From: an uncultured Myxococcales bacterium | Lineage (GTDB): Bacteria > Myxococcota_A > Polyangia > Fen-1088 | Assembly: GCA_964540815.1 (NCBI GenBank) | Contig: CAZIOH010000003.1 | Coordinates: forward strand, 1,685-65,684 | DNA length: 64,000 bases | Direction: 5' to 3' | In this document: piece after piece, positions 1 through 9,610 of the stretch | Position numbering within the stretch: position 1 is the first letter of the stretch | How the letters are laid out: each line of letters starts with the position of its first letter | Notes under the pieces: model-generated | Seen by the model: only the letters and a program-made list of their open reading frames with translations | Database searches by the model: none | What the model was told of the DNA's origin: nothing | Program-made: the position numbers and the translations under genes

Positions 1-316
1 CTCTCGGGGGCGAGAAGTCGTACAGCGCCAGCACCGACGGGTGCCGGATCCCCGCCACCGCGCTCGCCTCACGACGAAACCGCGCTTCGAGATCCGCCCG
101 CCCGGCAAAGAAGCCGTGCATCACCTTGATGGCCACGTCTCGCCCGAGCTGGGGATCGTGCGCGCGATAGACCGTCGCCATCCCTCCTCTCCCGAGCTCC
201 GCGCGGATGGAGAAGCGCCCCAAGGTCTTGCCGATGTAGCCTATCCGACGATCGTCACTTGCGTCTCTCGTCGTGTCATCGACGGCGTCAGCGGCGGCAT
301 CGCCGGTGTGGTCCAC
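1..316 (-). CDS. Ser/Thr protein kinase, N-terminal part (runs off window start)
   Basis: Manual translation of the minus strand (not in ORF track): ...GYIGKTLGRFSIRAELGRGGMATVYRAHDPQLGRDVAIKVMHGFF...RFRREASAVAGIRHPSVLALYDF, i.e. Gly-rich loop, VAIK lysine and helix C of Hanks kinases. Start GTG at 316 is tentative. Confidence 0.85.
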   Translation of the reverse strand, partial: MDHTGDAAADAVDDTTRDASDDRRIGYIGKTLGRFSIRAELGRGGMATVYRAHDPQLGRDVAIKVMHGFFAGRADLEARFRREASAVAGIRHPSVLALYDFSPPR

Positions 317-478
317 CCGCGAAAGCTTACCGCGCCTTCGAGCCGGATTCTGCGGTCAAGCCCCCTGGCAACAAAAAAAACGCGGAAGGTCGGCCCCCCC
401 GACCTTCCGCGCTGCGATCCCCAGCCCTGTTTCCCCCACCCCGAAAGACTGCCCAATCAGATTCGATGATCACCTCCT

Positions 479-2158
479 TTGCGGATGACCTTCCCTGAGC
501 CAGACTCCCTTGTGCCACCGTCTTCCCGGCTCTCACCCACGGCTGCCCTGCGCCTGCCACCCCGACCCTTGGTGCTTCATTCCTTGAAAACTCCCAACCA
601 TCTCAACTTGCTCAACTTGCTCAACTTGGCCAGTGTGCCCAATCTGCCCGGCCTGCCTGCATCTCCGGGCCGCCGTCGGCGACCGGCCCCACCCATCCAG
701 TCGGTGCCGACCTCCGTGTCGGCTCGCCCAGCCATCCCCATCGACGAACACCATCATGCCTCGCGCGATGTTTCGGCGTCCTTTCACACCCACGAATCTT
801 CAGTAAAATCGAGGAAGGGGAGCCCGCACTTTCCGCTCTCCACGCCGCCCTACCGGGTGTTTCGCTCGCGCCTTCCCAACGGCCTCCGCCTGGTCACCAT
901 CGAGACTCCGCACCTGCACACCGCCTCGATCGCGCTCTATGCCCGGGTGGGCGCCCGCTACGAGACCCGCCGAACAAACGGTCTGTCGCATTTTGTCGAG
1001 CACATGCTGTTTCGAGGCTCCTCGCGCTTCGCCAACTCCTTCGAGCTCAACTACGCGATCGAGAGCGTGGGAGGAACGCTCTACGCCGAGACCGGCCGCG
1101 ACTACTCGCTCTACCAGATTCCCCTTCACCCGACCGAACTGCCGCGCGGACTCGAGATCATGGGCGATCTGTTCGCCACGCCCCGCTTCTCGGACATCGA
1201 GCTCGAACGACAGATCATCCTCGAGGAGATCTTGGAGGATCTCGACGAGGACGGCCGCAACGTGAACGTCGACGATCTGTCGCGCGCGGCCGTATGGGGC
1301 AATCACCCCCTCGGCTTCCCCATCACCGGCCCGCTCGCCAACGTGCAGCGCTTCTCCACCGACGAGGTCCGCGCCCACTTCGCCACCTTCTACGGTGCCT
1401 CGAACATGGTGCTCTGTCTGGCGGGCCCCATCCGTCACACCCGCGTCGAGCCCCTGGCGGCGGCGGCCTTCTCGCGCATCCCGCGCGGCCGGCGGGCCCA
1501 GCCGACCCCCGCACCTGCGCCGGGTCCGGCGTCGGGCACCCGCCCCCGCTTCCGGATGGTCCCCAACGATTCGGCGCAGATCCAGACCCAGCTGGTCTGG
1601 CAAGGAATCCCCGACAGCGATCCGGATTATCTCGCCCTCTCGGCCCTGGTCCGGATCCTCGACGATGGGATGTCGACCAGGCTCCACTACCAGATCTGCG
1701 ACCAGAAGGGCCTCGCCTACAACGTGTCGGGCGGAATCGAGCCGCTGCATGACACGGCGCTGCTGGAGATCGACGCCGCCTGCGCTCCCGCCAAGTTGCC
1801 CGATCTGCTCGCCGAGGCCCTGTCGCTGGTCGAGCGTTTTCGCACCGAGCTCGTTCGCGCGGACGACCTGGCCAAGGCCAAGCGCCGCTTCCGCGGTGAC
1901 ATCGAGGCCAGCTACGACGACATCGATGGGCTATCGGGCTGGTACGGCGGAACGTCGCTGTTCTACACGCCCCGCACCCACGCCGAGCGCCTGCGGCGCT
2001 TCGAGTCGGTGACGGCGGAAGCCATTCAACGGGTGGCCAACCGGGTGCTGCGCACCGAGCGCCGGACGGTGACCGCGGTGGGGGCGCTCACCGCCAAGCA
2101 GGAGCGGCGCGTCCGGTCGATTGTTCGACGGGAGCCTGCTCGGGCGCCGGGAGCCTGA
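479..2158 (+). CDS. M16 family (insulinase/pitrilysin-like) zinc peptidase
   Basis: Inverted Zn motif HFVEH in GLSHFVEHMLFRGS, RLPNGLRLV N-terminus, downstream ELERQIILEE. True start is probably several hundred bases downstream of 479. Confidence 0.9.
   Translation: MRMTFPEPDSLVPPSSRLSPTAALRLPPRPLVLHSLKTPNHLNLLNLLNLASVPNLPGLPASPGRRRRPAPPIQSVPTSVSARPAIPIDEHHHASRDVSASFHTHESSVKSRKGSPHFPLSTPPYRVFRSRLPNGLRLVTIETPHLHTASIALYARVGARYETRRTNGLSHFVEHMLFRGSSRFANSFELNYAIESVGGTLYAETGRDYSLYQIPLHPTELPRGLEIMGDLFATPRFSDIELERQIILEEILEDLDEDGRNVNVDDLSRAAVWGNHPLGFPITGPLANVQRFSTDEVRAHFATFYGASNMVLCLAGPIRHTRVEPLAAAAFSRIPRGRRAQPTPAPAPGPASGTRPRFRMVPNDSAQIQTQLVWQGIPDSDPDYLALSALVRILDDGMSTRLHYQICDQKGLAYNVSGGIEPLHDTALLEIDAACAPAKLPDLLAEALSLVERFRTELVRADDLAKAKRRFRGDIEASYDDIDGLSGWYGGTSLFYTPRTHAERLRRFESVTAEAIQRVANRVLRTERRTVTAVGALTAKQERRVRSIVRREPARAPGA
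602..628 (+). repeat. 3 x 9-bp tandem repeat CTCAACTTG
   Basis: Read directly: ctcaacttg ctcaacttg ctcaacttg. Confidence 0.9.
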
Positions 2159-2174
2159 GCGGGGAGCAGCACGA

Positions 2175-2732
2175 ATGCAGCGCCCTTCCACCACGGCGCC
2201 GCCCGGTCGTCGGACGCGGGGCGGTGGTGGCGGCCGAGCTCCGAGCGCGGGAATCCTCCTGTATCGCAGGGGAACCGGGGGCCAAGGCGAGACCATCGAG
2301 ATCCTGCTCGTCCATCCGGGCGGACCGTTCTGGGCGACGAAGGACGCGCATGCCTGGTCGATTCCGAAGGGCGAGCTCGAGGACGGCGAGCCGCCCTTGC
2401 GTGGGGCGATCCGAGAGCTCAGCGAGGAGACCGGGGCCAGCGTCGGGCCCGCCGCGGAAGCAGCGGCGATCGCGCTCCCACCGATCCGGACCAGCAGCGG
2501 AAAGATCATTCATGCGTTCGCGGTGCAGCAGGACTTCGATGTCACCGCGCTCCGGTCGAACCCGGTCGAGCTCGAATGGCCCCCACGCTCGGGGAAGCAG
2601 CAGACCTTCCCGGAGGTCGACCGGGCGGGCTGGTTTCCGCTGGAGCTTGCCCGTGACAAGCTCCACAAAGGTCAGGTGGGGCTGGTCGACCACCTGATCC
2701 GGGTGCTCGACGTCGGCAGCGCCGCGCCGTGA
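2175..2732 (+). CDS. NUDIX hydrolase
   Basis: Nudix box GELEDGEPPLRGAIRELSEETG; SAGILLYR and LLVHPGGPFW...WSIPKG. Start set at ATG 2175. Confidence 0.9.
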   Translation: MQRPSTTAPPGRRTRGGGGGRAPSAGILLYRRGTGGQGETIEILLVHPGGPFWATKDAHAWSIPKGELEDGEPPLRGAIRELSEETGASVGPAAEAAAIALPPIRTSSGKIIHAFAVQQDFDVTALRSNPVELEWPPRSGKQQTFPEVDRAGWFPLELARDKLHKGQVGLVDHLIRVLDVGSAAP

Positions 2733-2772
2733 CGTTGGGGGCGGCCAGGAGCCGGCGGACGAAACCATGCAT

Positions 2773-2796
2773 ATATTCGCATTTTGACATGAATAT
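2773..2796. promoter_or_regulatory. AT-rich inverted repeat ATATTC-N12-GAATAT, candidate operator/promoter of the SahR-like gene
   Basis: ATATTC 2773-2778 and GAATAT 2791-2796 flank a TTGACA (2784-2789) in an AT-rich patch just upstream of the GTG at 2812. Confidence 0.45.
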
Positions 2797-2811
2797 GGTA
2801 CGCTCAGGTCC

Positions 2812-3867
2812 GTGAGCTCGTCGTCCCCCGCTACCCTTCCCCGCGCGGAGCTGTTCCGGCTCCTCGGTGACGAGGACCGGCTGCGGCTCCTCGCCCTGTG
2901 CGAGGCAGACGAGCTCACGGTCGGGGAGCTGGCGACTCTGCTCGACGAGAGTCAGCCGCAGATCACCCGCAAGAGCCAGCCGCTTCGGGACGCTGGCCTC
3001 CTGCAGGCGCGCAGGGACGGCACGCGCACGCTGCTCCACGCCGACCCTCCGACGGATCCGATCGTGCTGGCCGGCCTCGAGGCCGGGCGATCCTTGTGCC
3101 TCGGAGAAGGGCGCCTGGCCCGGGTACCGGCGGTGATCGCGCAGCGCGAAGAGACGGCCCGTCACCTGTTCGGCGAGGGCGACGGCAGGGCGAGGGCTTC
3201 GGGGGATTCCACCCCCGCCGCCGCCAGGGCCGGCGCCAGCGGGAGCGGGAGCGGCGTTGCGGTGGCCGGGAACGCGAACGCGGCCCGGATCGCCGTCGAG
3301 CGGGCGCTGCTGCCGCTGCTGGGGATCGTGATGCCTCTGTTGCCCGGCCGCGCCCTGGCGATCGACGTGGGGACAGGAGAAGGGACGCTGCTGCCCATCC
3401 TGTCGCCGCTCTACGAACGGGTGATGGCCGTCGATCGCAGCCCCGCGCGGCTGGCGCGGGCGGCCGAGCACACCGCGGCGCTGGGGCTCCCGAACGTGCG
3501 GCTCCGCCAGGTCGAGGTCGACGATGCGAACCTCGTGCAGGAGATTGCGCGGGCGGGCGGGGCCGACCTGGTCGTCCTGGCGCAGGTGCTGCATCACGTG
3601 GCGCGGCCGCAGAGCCTGGTCACGTCGGCGGCGCGGCTCCTGCGTCCACACGGCCACCTGGCGATCGTCGATCACCTGGCCCACGACGACGAGCGGCTGC
3701 GCGAGCGAGGTCATGTTTGGCTCGGCTTCGAGCCGGCGCGGCTGCGCGAGCTCCTCGAGGGCGCGCGCCTCGAGCCGGTGGCGCTGTCGCTCTTGCGCAG
3801 CGACGAGACACCGCCTTTGCAGCTCGCGGTCGGACGCCGCACCCAGGAGGCTCCGCCCCCACCCTGA
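2812..3867 (+). CDS. sahR: ArsR-family HTH plus class I SAM-binding methyltransferase domain regulator (SahR-like)
   Basis: N-terminal [36 protein letters not shown] (ArsR HTH); C-terminal [11 protein letters not shown] motif; directly upstream of ahcY, the known SahR arrangement. Confidence 0.75.
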   Translation: MSSSSPATLPRAELFRLLGDEDRLRLLALCEADELTVGELATLLDESQPQITRKSQPLRDAGLLQARRDGTRTLLHADPPTDPIVLAGLEAGRSLCLGEGRLARVPAVIAQREETARHLFGEGDGRARASGDSTPAAARAGASGSGSGVAVAGNANAARIAVERALLPLLGIVMPLLPGRALAIDVGTGEGTLLPILSPLYERVMAVDRSPARLARAAEHTAALGLPNVRLRQVEVDDANLVQEIARAGGADLVVLAQVLHHVARPQSLVTSAARLLRPHGHLAIVDHLAHDDERLRERGHVWLGFEPARLRELLEGARLEPVALSLLRSDETPPLQLAVGRRTQEAPPPP

Positions 3868-3970
3868 CGCCGGCTACCACCCGCACCAGGCGAGGAGGGC
3901 GTATCCTCGGCCTGCCCGGATTGCTTTCGAGCGCGAGAAGAACGACCCAAGAACCCCAAGGAGAGTCACC

Positions 3971-5428
3971 ATGGACAGCCGTACGGAATTCCCTGCTTAC
4001 AAAGTGAAGGACCTGTCGCTCGCCGAGCTCGGACGCAAGAAGATGCGCATGTCCGAAAAGGAGATGCCCGGACTGATGGCGCTGCGCGAGGAGTTTGGCG
4101 CGCAAAAGCCCCTCAAGGGCGCGCGCGTGGCGGGATGTCTGCACATGACCATCGAGACCGCGGTGCTGATCGAGACGCTGGTGGCGCTCGGCGCCGAGGT
4201 GACCTGGACCTCGTGCAACATCTTCTCGACCCAGGACGAGGCCGCCGCCGCCATCGCCAAGGCGGGCGTGCCGGTGTTCGCCTGGAAGGGCGAGACCCTG
4301 GCCGAGTACTGGGCCAACATCGAGCTGCAGCTGGTGGCCTTCAAGGGTGGTCAGGGCCCAAACCTGATCCTGGATGACGGCGGCGATCTGACGCTGCTGG
4401 TGCACAAGGGCGCCGAGTTCGAGAAGGCGGGCAAGGTGCCCGATCCGTCGACCACCAACGTCGACGAGATGAAGGTGATCCTGGCCCTGCTCGCCAGCAG
4501 CCTGAAGGCCGACGGCCAGCGCTTCACCAAGCTGGCGCGGGACATCAAGGGCGTCTCGGAGGAGACCACCACCGGCGTGCATCGCCTGTACGACATGGCC
4601 AAGAACAACGGGCTCTTGTTCCCGGCCATCAACGTCAACGATTCGGTAACCAAGTCCAAGTTCGACAACCTGTACGGCTGCCGCGAGTCTCTGTTCGACG
4701 GCATCAAGCGCGCCACTGACGTGATGGTGGCGGGCAAGATCGTGGTCATCGCCGGCTACGGCGACGTGGGCAAGGGCTGCGCGCACGCCGCGCGCGGGTT
4801 CGGCGCGCGGGTGCTCATCACCGAGATCGATCCGATCTGCGCCCTGCAGGCGGCCATGGAGGGCTTCGAGGTGGTGACCATGGAGGACGCGGCCCCGCTC
4901 GGGGACATCTTCGTCACCGCCACCGGTTGCGTCGACGTCATCGTGGCCGAGCACATGCGGGTCATGAAGGACGAGGCGATCCTCTGCAACATCGGACACT
5001 TCGACAGCGAGATCCAGGTGAGCTGGCTCGAGACCAACCCGGAGGTGCGCGAGGAGAACATCAAGCCTCAGGTGGACCAGTTCGTGCTACCGGGGGGACG
5101 GCGCCTGACGCTGCTCGCGCGGGGACGGCTCGTGAACCTCGGCTGCGCCACCGGCCACCCGAGCTTCGTCATGTCGAACTCGTTCACCAACCAGGTCATC
5201 GCTCAGATGGCCCTGTGGGAGAACGCCACCAAGGGCAAGGACGCCACCACCGGCATGACCTTCGCCAGCGGCAAGGTCTACGTGCTGCCGAAGAAGCTCG
5301 ACGAGAAGGTCGCGCGGCTGCACCTGAAGAAGGTCGGGGTGAAGCTGACCACCCTGACGCGCGCCCAGGCCGACTACCTCGGCGTCTCGGCGGAAGGCCC
5401 ATTCAAGCCGGATCACTACCGGTATTAG
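3971..5428 (+). CDS. ahcY: Adenosylhomocysteinase (SAH hydrolase)
   Basis: [74 protein letters not shown] 3971 follows AAGGAG. Confidence 0.98.
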   Translation: MDSRTEFPAYKVKDLSLAELGRKKMRMSEKEMPGLMALREEFGAQKPLKGARVAGCLHMTIETAVLIETLVALGAEVTWTSCNIFSTQDEAAAAIAKAGVPVFAWKGETLAEYWANIELQLVAFKGGQGPNLILDDGGDLTLLVHKGAEFEKAGKVPDPSTTNVDEMKVILALLASSLKADGQRFTKLARDIKGVSEETTTGVHRLYDMAKNNGLLFPAINVNDSVTKSKFDNLYGCRESLFDGIKRATDVMVAGKIVVIAGYGDVGKGCAHAARGFGARVLITEIDPICALQAAMEGFEVVTMEDAAPLGDIFVTATGCVDVIVAEHMRVMKDEAILCNIGHFDSEIQVSWLETNPEVREENIKPQVDQFVLPGGRRLTLLARGRLVNLGCATGHPSFVMSNSFTNQVIAQMALWENATKGKDATTGMTFASGKVYVLPKKLDEKVARLHLKKVGVKLTTLTRAQADYLGVSAEGPFKPDHYRY

Positions 5429-5430
5429 AC

Positions 5431-5483
5431 GCGCCTTCGGCGCTCGCGGGGGGCCGCGGACGGGCCCCCGCGGGCCCCCCGCG
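5431..5483. terminator. GC-rich hairpins between convergent genes (possible terminator)
   Basis: GCGCC-TTC-GGCGC (5431-5443) and CGCGGGGGGCC (5445-5455) pairing with GGCCCCCCGCG (5473-5483); no U-tract. Confidence 0.4.
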
Positions 5484-5617
5484 GAGCTTGCTGAGGCGAG
5501 CCGGCGCGGCGAAGCCGCGCCTCCCGTTGAAAGACCCGCTCGCAGTTGCTCGCTCTGGCGCTTCGACGAAAAGGATCTCCCTCGCCCGCGGAGCCGCTCA
5601 GAGGGGTGGGGACCTGG

Positions 5618-7636
5618 CTAGGGCGGAGCGAGGGTCAGGATGAGATTCGAAATTCGCACGGAAGGAGGGGGGCACGCACGTTCGGCGGACAGCGTGGCAT
5701 TCGATGGCGCGGGTGGAGAACTGCGCAGACGGACGGCCAACCGCAGACCGGCACGACTGTCGTTGTCGTGTTCGGGCGTGGTGGTGCCGGCGAGCTCCGA
5801 GCTGGAGATTGCCGCGGTCGCGAAGACCGTCGCGGGAGCAAACGGGTCACTGACCTCCAGCACGGACGAGCGGGATGAGGCGGTGGCGGTGCCCAGACTG
5901 CAGCCCGCTCCGGGGGTGGACCAGCTCACGCTTGCCCGGACGGCCAGGGTGTGACCGGGGGGCAGGTCGACGTCGGGGATGAGCAGGTCGACGGTGGAGT
6001 CTGGCCGGCCGGGGGCTGCGGCTCGAATGGTGGTGGCGCCGGCGCCCCCTTGCAGAGGTGAGGGCTGGAAGCGCGCGTCGGATGGGTCAAACACGGGGCG
6101 CCAGTAGGTGGCGCGCGGTTGCCCGTCCACGGAGCTCACCGAGAGGGCCCAGCGGTCGTGATCGCGCAGCAGGCGACCGCCCGAGACCATGAGGACGCCG
6201 CCGAGGGAGAGCCCGACCAGCAGCCCGGCGGTCCCGAGCAGGGATGCCCACCCGGATCTCCCCCCCGCGCGGACCGCCGCCGCGAGCCGGGCGATCCCGA
6301 AGGCCGCCAGCGGAAACGTCACGATCTCCGAGGTGAGGCGGTAGCGGGGCTCGGCCACGAAGATCGCGTAGGTGGCGAGCATGGCGAGCGCGAAGGAGAG
6401 CGGGACGAGCAGGCCGAAGGCACGGTCCTGCACCGCAAAGGAGATCCCTGCCGCCAGCCCGAGCACGAGCAGCCATCCATAGGCGTCGGTCACGCCGGTC
6501 AGCCACGCGCGGCGCCGGTTGAACGCCAGGGTCGCGTCGGGCGGCAGGATGCCGGGGCGATAGACCGACCAGTAGAGAAGTCCCCGCTCGGGGGCCAGCA
6601 GCCGCTCGAGGCGCAGGGCGATCATGCCGAGGGTGAAGCCCGGCTGGAAGGCCATCCATCGGCGCGCGAGCGCATAGGCCACGCGGTCCGTCTCGCGGTG
6701 CGGGCGCGAGAGGAACGTCCGGCCCGTGAGCTGACGAAAGGTGTCGTTGAGGCCGCGCGAGTACGTCCCGTCGGTGTTCGGATCGTTGCCCATGAGCGCG
6801 GTCACGCCTCCGTGGGTGTCGGTGAAGAAGAGCGCTCCCTCGTGCTCGAGGTTGCGCCAGGCCCACGGCGCGAGGACCGCCAGCGCGACCAGCACGCCGA
6901 GGGCCGTGCGCGTGCACACTGATTGCCAGGGAACGCGGGCCGCGAGCCAGTATCCGCCGCCGAGCGCCACCAGGGGCAACGCAACCGCGCGGAACCAGGC
7001 CGCGACGCCCATGGCAGCGCCAAAGGCCACCGCGGCCACCAGTGGACGGCGCGGGCCCGCGTGGAAGAGACAGGCCAGCGCCACGCAGATCAGCGCGGCG
7101 CACGGCACGTCGGTTCCGACGACGCTCGCCATGGCGAGGCCGGGCATCCACAGCAGGTACAGGAGGGCGACGGAGATCCCGACCGCTTCCGCGGAGACGC
7201 CTCTTCCAGCCGCTGGCCGACCCGCATGGGAAGTGGCGCCTGCGCTGGCCTCCCCCTGCGTCGCCGCCCCCATGCTTTCGCCCGGCGAGCGCGCGCCCGT
7301 CATGCGCGCCGCCGCCCGCGCCAGCACGTAGAGGGCCACCGCCGTGAGCGCGCCGAAGCCGGCCCCGAGCAGCTTGGCCGCCAGCACCTCGCCTCCGAGT
7401 CGATCGATCCCCGCCAGCAGCAGCACCAGCCCCGGCATGTAGATGAAGCCGTCGTCGAGCCGGCCATGCTCCGCGAGGAACTGCGCCGATTCGCGGTAGG
7501 TCGCGAAGTCACCCACCACGATGGTCGGCACACACAGCACCCAGGCCACGCGCAGCACCAGCGCCACCGCGGCGATCGCGAGCGCCGTGCGCCAAGGCGA
7601 CCATGGGCGCAGTACCCTGGCGATGAGCGGGCTCAC
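5618..7636 (-). CDS. Polytopic membrane glycosyltransferase, GT39/ArnT-like
   Basis: Many hydrophobic helices, early acidic loop (VGDFATYRESAQFLAEHG...YMPG), LAPWAWRN and AEPRYR motifs typical of GT-C fold proteins. Confidence 0.65.
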   Translation of the reverse strand: MSPLIARVLRPWSPWRTALAIAAVALVLRVAWVLCVPTIVVGDFATYRESAQFLAEHGRLDDGFIYMPGLVLLLAGIDRLGGEVLAAKLLGAGFGALTAVALYVLARAAARMTGARSPGESMGAATQGEASAGATSHAGRPAAGRGVSAEAVGISVALLYLLWMPGLAMASVVGTDVPCAALICVALACLFHAGPRRPLVAAVAFGAAMGVAAWFRAVALPLVALGGGYWLAARVPWQSVCTRTALGVLVALAVLAPWAWRNLEHEGALFFTDTHGGVTALMGNDPNTDGTYSRGLNDTFRQLTGRTFLSRPHRETDRVAYALARRWMAFQPGFTLGMIALRLERLLAPERGLLYWSVYRPGILPPDATLAFNRRRAWLTGVTDAYGWLLVLGLAAGISFAVQDRAFGLLVPLSFALAMLATYAIFVAEPRYRLTSEIVTFPLAAFGIARLAAAVRAGGRSGWASLLGTAGLLVGLSLGGVLMVSGGRLLRDHDRWALSVSSVDGQPRATYWRPVFDPSDARFQPSPLQGGAGATTIRAAAPGRPDSTVDLLIPDVDLPPGHTLAVRASVSWSTPGAGCSLGTATASSRSSVLEVSDPFAPATVFATAAISSSELAGTTTPEHDNDSRAGLRLAVRLRSSPPAPSNATLSAERACPPPSVRISNLILTLAPP

Positions 7637-7699
7637 GCGCTCACCAATCGGGCGGTCGCGGTGAAATCGCGCACGCGCTCACCGCGCCCGCGCGCCGTC

Positions 7700-8188
7700 T
7701 CAGGCGCTGGCCGCGTCGCGCAGGCCCGCGAGGGTGGTCCGCACCTGCTCGGCGTGCCCGGCGGCCTTGACCTTCGGCCAGTGGTGGGCGACCTTGCCAT
7801 TCGGATCGATGAGAAAGGTCGACCGGATGATCCCCTGAAACTTGCGGCCGTAGAGGGACTTTTCGCCCCAAGCCCCGTAGGCCTCCATCGCGACATGCTC
7901 CGGGTCGGAGAGCAGATCGATCTTGAGCTTGTACTTCTCGATGAACTTGCGGTGGCTCTCGACCGAGTCGGCGCTGCACCCGAGCACCACGGCGTCCAGC
8001 TTTTCGAAGCCCTTCAGACCGGCGGTGAAGTCGCACGCCTCGGTGGTGCAGCCGGGCGTGCTGTCCTTCGGATAGAAGTAGAGCACGACCCACTTTCCCT
8101 TCAGGTCGGAGAGCTTGACCGTGCGGTGATCCTGGTTCTCGAGCGCGAAGGCCGGGGCCTTTTTCCCGACCGCGGGTGCGGTTGACAT
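7700..8188 (-). CDS. bcp: Peroxiredoxin, Bcp/PrxQ type
   Basis: VVLYFYPKDSTPGCTTEACDF, IIRSTFLIDPNGKV; start set at ATG 8188. Confidence 0.95.
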   Translation of the reverse strand: MSTAPAVGKKAPAFALENQDHRTVKLSDLKGKWVVLYFYPKDSTPGCTTEACDFTAGLKGFEKLDAVVLGCSADSVESHRKFIEKYKLKIDLLSDPEHVAMEAYGAWGEKSLYGRKFQGIIRSTFLIDPNGKVAHHWPKVKAAGHAEQVRTTLAGLRDAASA

Positions 8189-8269
8189 GGACCATGGTCT
8201 TATCACCTCGCGGACACCAATCAAAGGCGGGCCACCGCCCGACCCATCTCCCACTCCGGCGCTCGAGCC

Positions 8270-9529
8270 TCACTCGGGTGCGACCTCGATGCGCACCGGC
8301 ACCACCTCGATCTCTGGCCCTGGCGCGACGTCGAGCGGGAACGCATGGTCGGCGAAGCGCCCGACCACCGAGATCGCGCCCGCCGACGTGGCGACGGGCA
8401 GCTCGCCGGTCAGGTATTCCCCCGTGGTGACCAGCGCCGCCGATACGGCGGGTGGCGCCGGAAAGATCCGCAGATCTGGAGGCACCACGGGCCCGCTCGT
8501 CGGCGGGGCCGCCAGTCTCTGGCGCGCGCGCAGCTCGAGGAAGCGCGGATGCTCGACCCGCACCCGAAACACCAGGCGATCCCCCTTGCGCACCGTGGCT
8601 TGCGGGTCGAGCGCGTGGATGCCGTCGTCCCGCCGCACGTAGATCTGGATGCCCGAGGCCTTGACCCGCGAAGCCCCACGGACGCCCGCGTAGGGCGTCT
8701 CGGCGCGCGACGGGGCCCGCGGCCGGGCGACGAGCAGGGCGAGGGCGCACACCCCGAGCAGCGCGGCGGTCACGATCACGGCTTGCCGCGCACCCTTGCG
8801 ACGGCGGCGCGAGGCGGACATGGCGGTGGCGATGGCGGAGGTCATCGCCTCGACCTCGGTCGGGCCGATGGACTCCACGAACGCCCGCCGCCACCCGTCT
8901 CGCCGTGCCGCGGCGCGGGCGCAGTCGGGGCAGCCAGCGAGGTGCGTCCGCACCGCCGCGCTCTCCGGGGCGGCGTCGAGCTCGAAGCGAGAGGGATGGC
9001 CCTGGGTGGGGGTGGCTCCCTCGAGCGCGCCGAGGGTCCTGCGGAGCCGGTCCGGCAGCGCCGTCCCGAGGACGCGCGCCACCTCGTCGACCGCGAGGGC
9101 GTCGAAGTCCGCGAGCACCCGGGCGTTGGCGTGAAGCTCGTCGAGGCGGCGGAGCTCCCCCATGCTCGGCAGGGGGCGACGGGCCGGCGGCGTGACCCGA
9201 GGCGCGGCAGGTCCCCCCCCGCCGGGGACGGCGTCGTCCGGCAGACGCTGAAGCGCGGCGTTGGTCGCCACGCGGTAGATCCACTGGCGCTCGAGGTCAT
9301 CGGACGTCTCGGTGGGCGCGGGCGCGACGCTCCGGCGGATCACGAAGCGAACGAACAGCTCGTTGGCGAGCGCGCGCGCCGCGGCCTCGTCGCCGAGCAA
9401 CAAGGCCAGCCGCGCAAACAGCGCGCCACCCATGCGCCGATAAAAATCACCCGGGCGGGCGACGCTGCCACCACCTCCATCGGCGCCGGGCGGCCCGCCG
9501 GGGGGCAAATCAACTGTGGACGCAGACAT
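8270..9529 (-). CDS. Fusion of ECF-sigma-like domain, zinc-binding anti-sigma (zf-HC2), TM helix and DUF4384-like C-terminal domain
   Basis: Region-2-like YRRMGGALFARLALLLGDEAAA...WIYRVATNAALQRL; region-4-like LRRLDE...DEVARVLG; HLAGCPDC; basic stretch RRRRK plus TM; VRKGDRLVFRV. Confidence 0.6.
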   Translation of the reverse strand: MSASTVDLPPGGPPGADGGGGSVARPGDFYRRMGGALFARLALLLGDEAAARALANELFVRFVIRRSVAPAPTETSDDLERQWIYRVATNAALQRLPDDAVPGGGGPAAPRVTPPARRPLPSMGELRRLDELHANARVLADFDALAVDEVARVLGTALPDRLRRTLGALEGATPTQGHPSRFELDAAPESAAVRTHLAGCPDCARAAARRDGWRRAFVESIGPTEVEAMTSAIATAMSASRRRRKGARQAVIVTAALLGVCALALLVARPRAPSRAETPYAGVRGASRVKASGIQIYVRRDDGIHALDPQATVRKGDRLVFRVRVEHPRFLELRARQRLAAPPTSGPVVPPDLRIFPAPPAVSAALVTTGEYLTGELPVATSAGAISVVGRFADHAFPLDVAPGPEIEVVPVRIEVAPE

Positions 9530-9610
9530 GCACCGGATCCTCTGGACGCCGGGCTACCTTAGCAGCCCGGCGCGGACTTCTCCACGCGCCGATCCCAAAG
9601 GGGCGGCTCC

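Noticed and set aside
3868-3970. Possible SAH riboswitch upstream of ahcY (hairpin AGGCGAGGA...TCCTCGGCCT)
   Set aside because: It has GAGGAG but lacks the conserved GAGCGCUGC and CAGGCUCGG elements as I recall them. Treated as a plain hairpin; an Rfam/Infernal scan would settle it.
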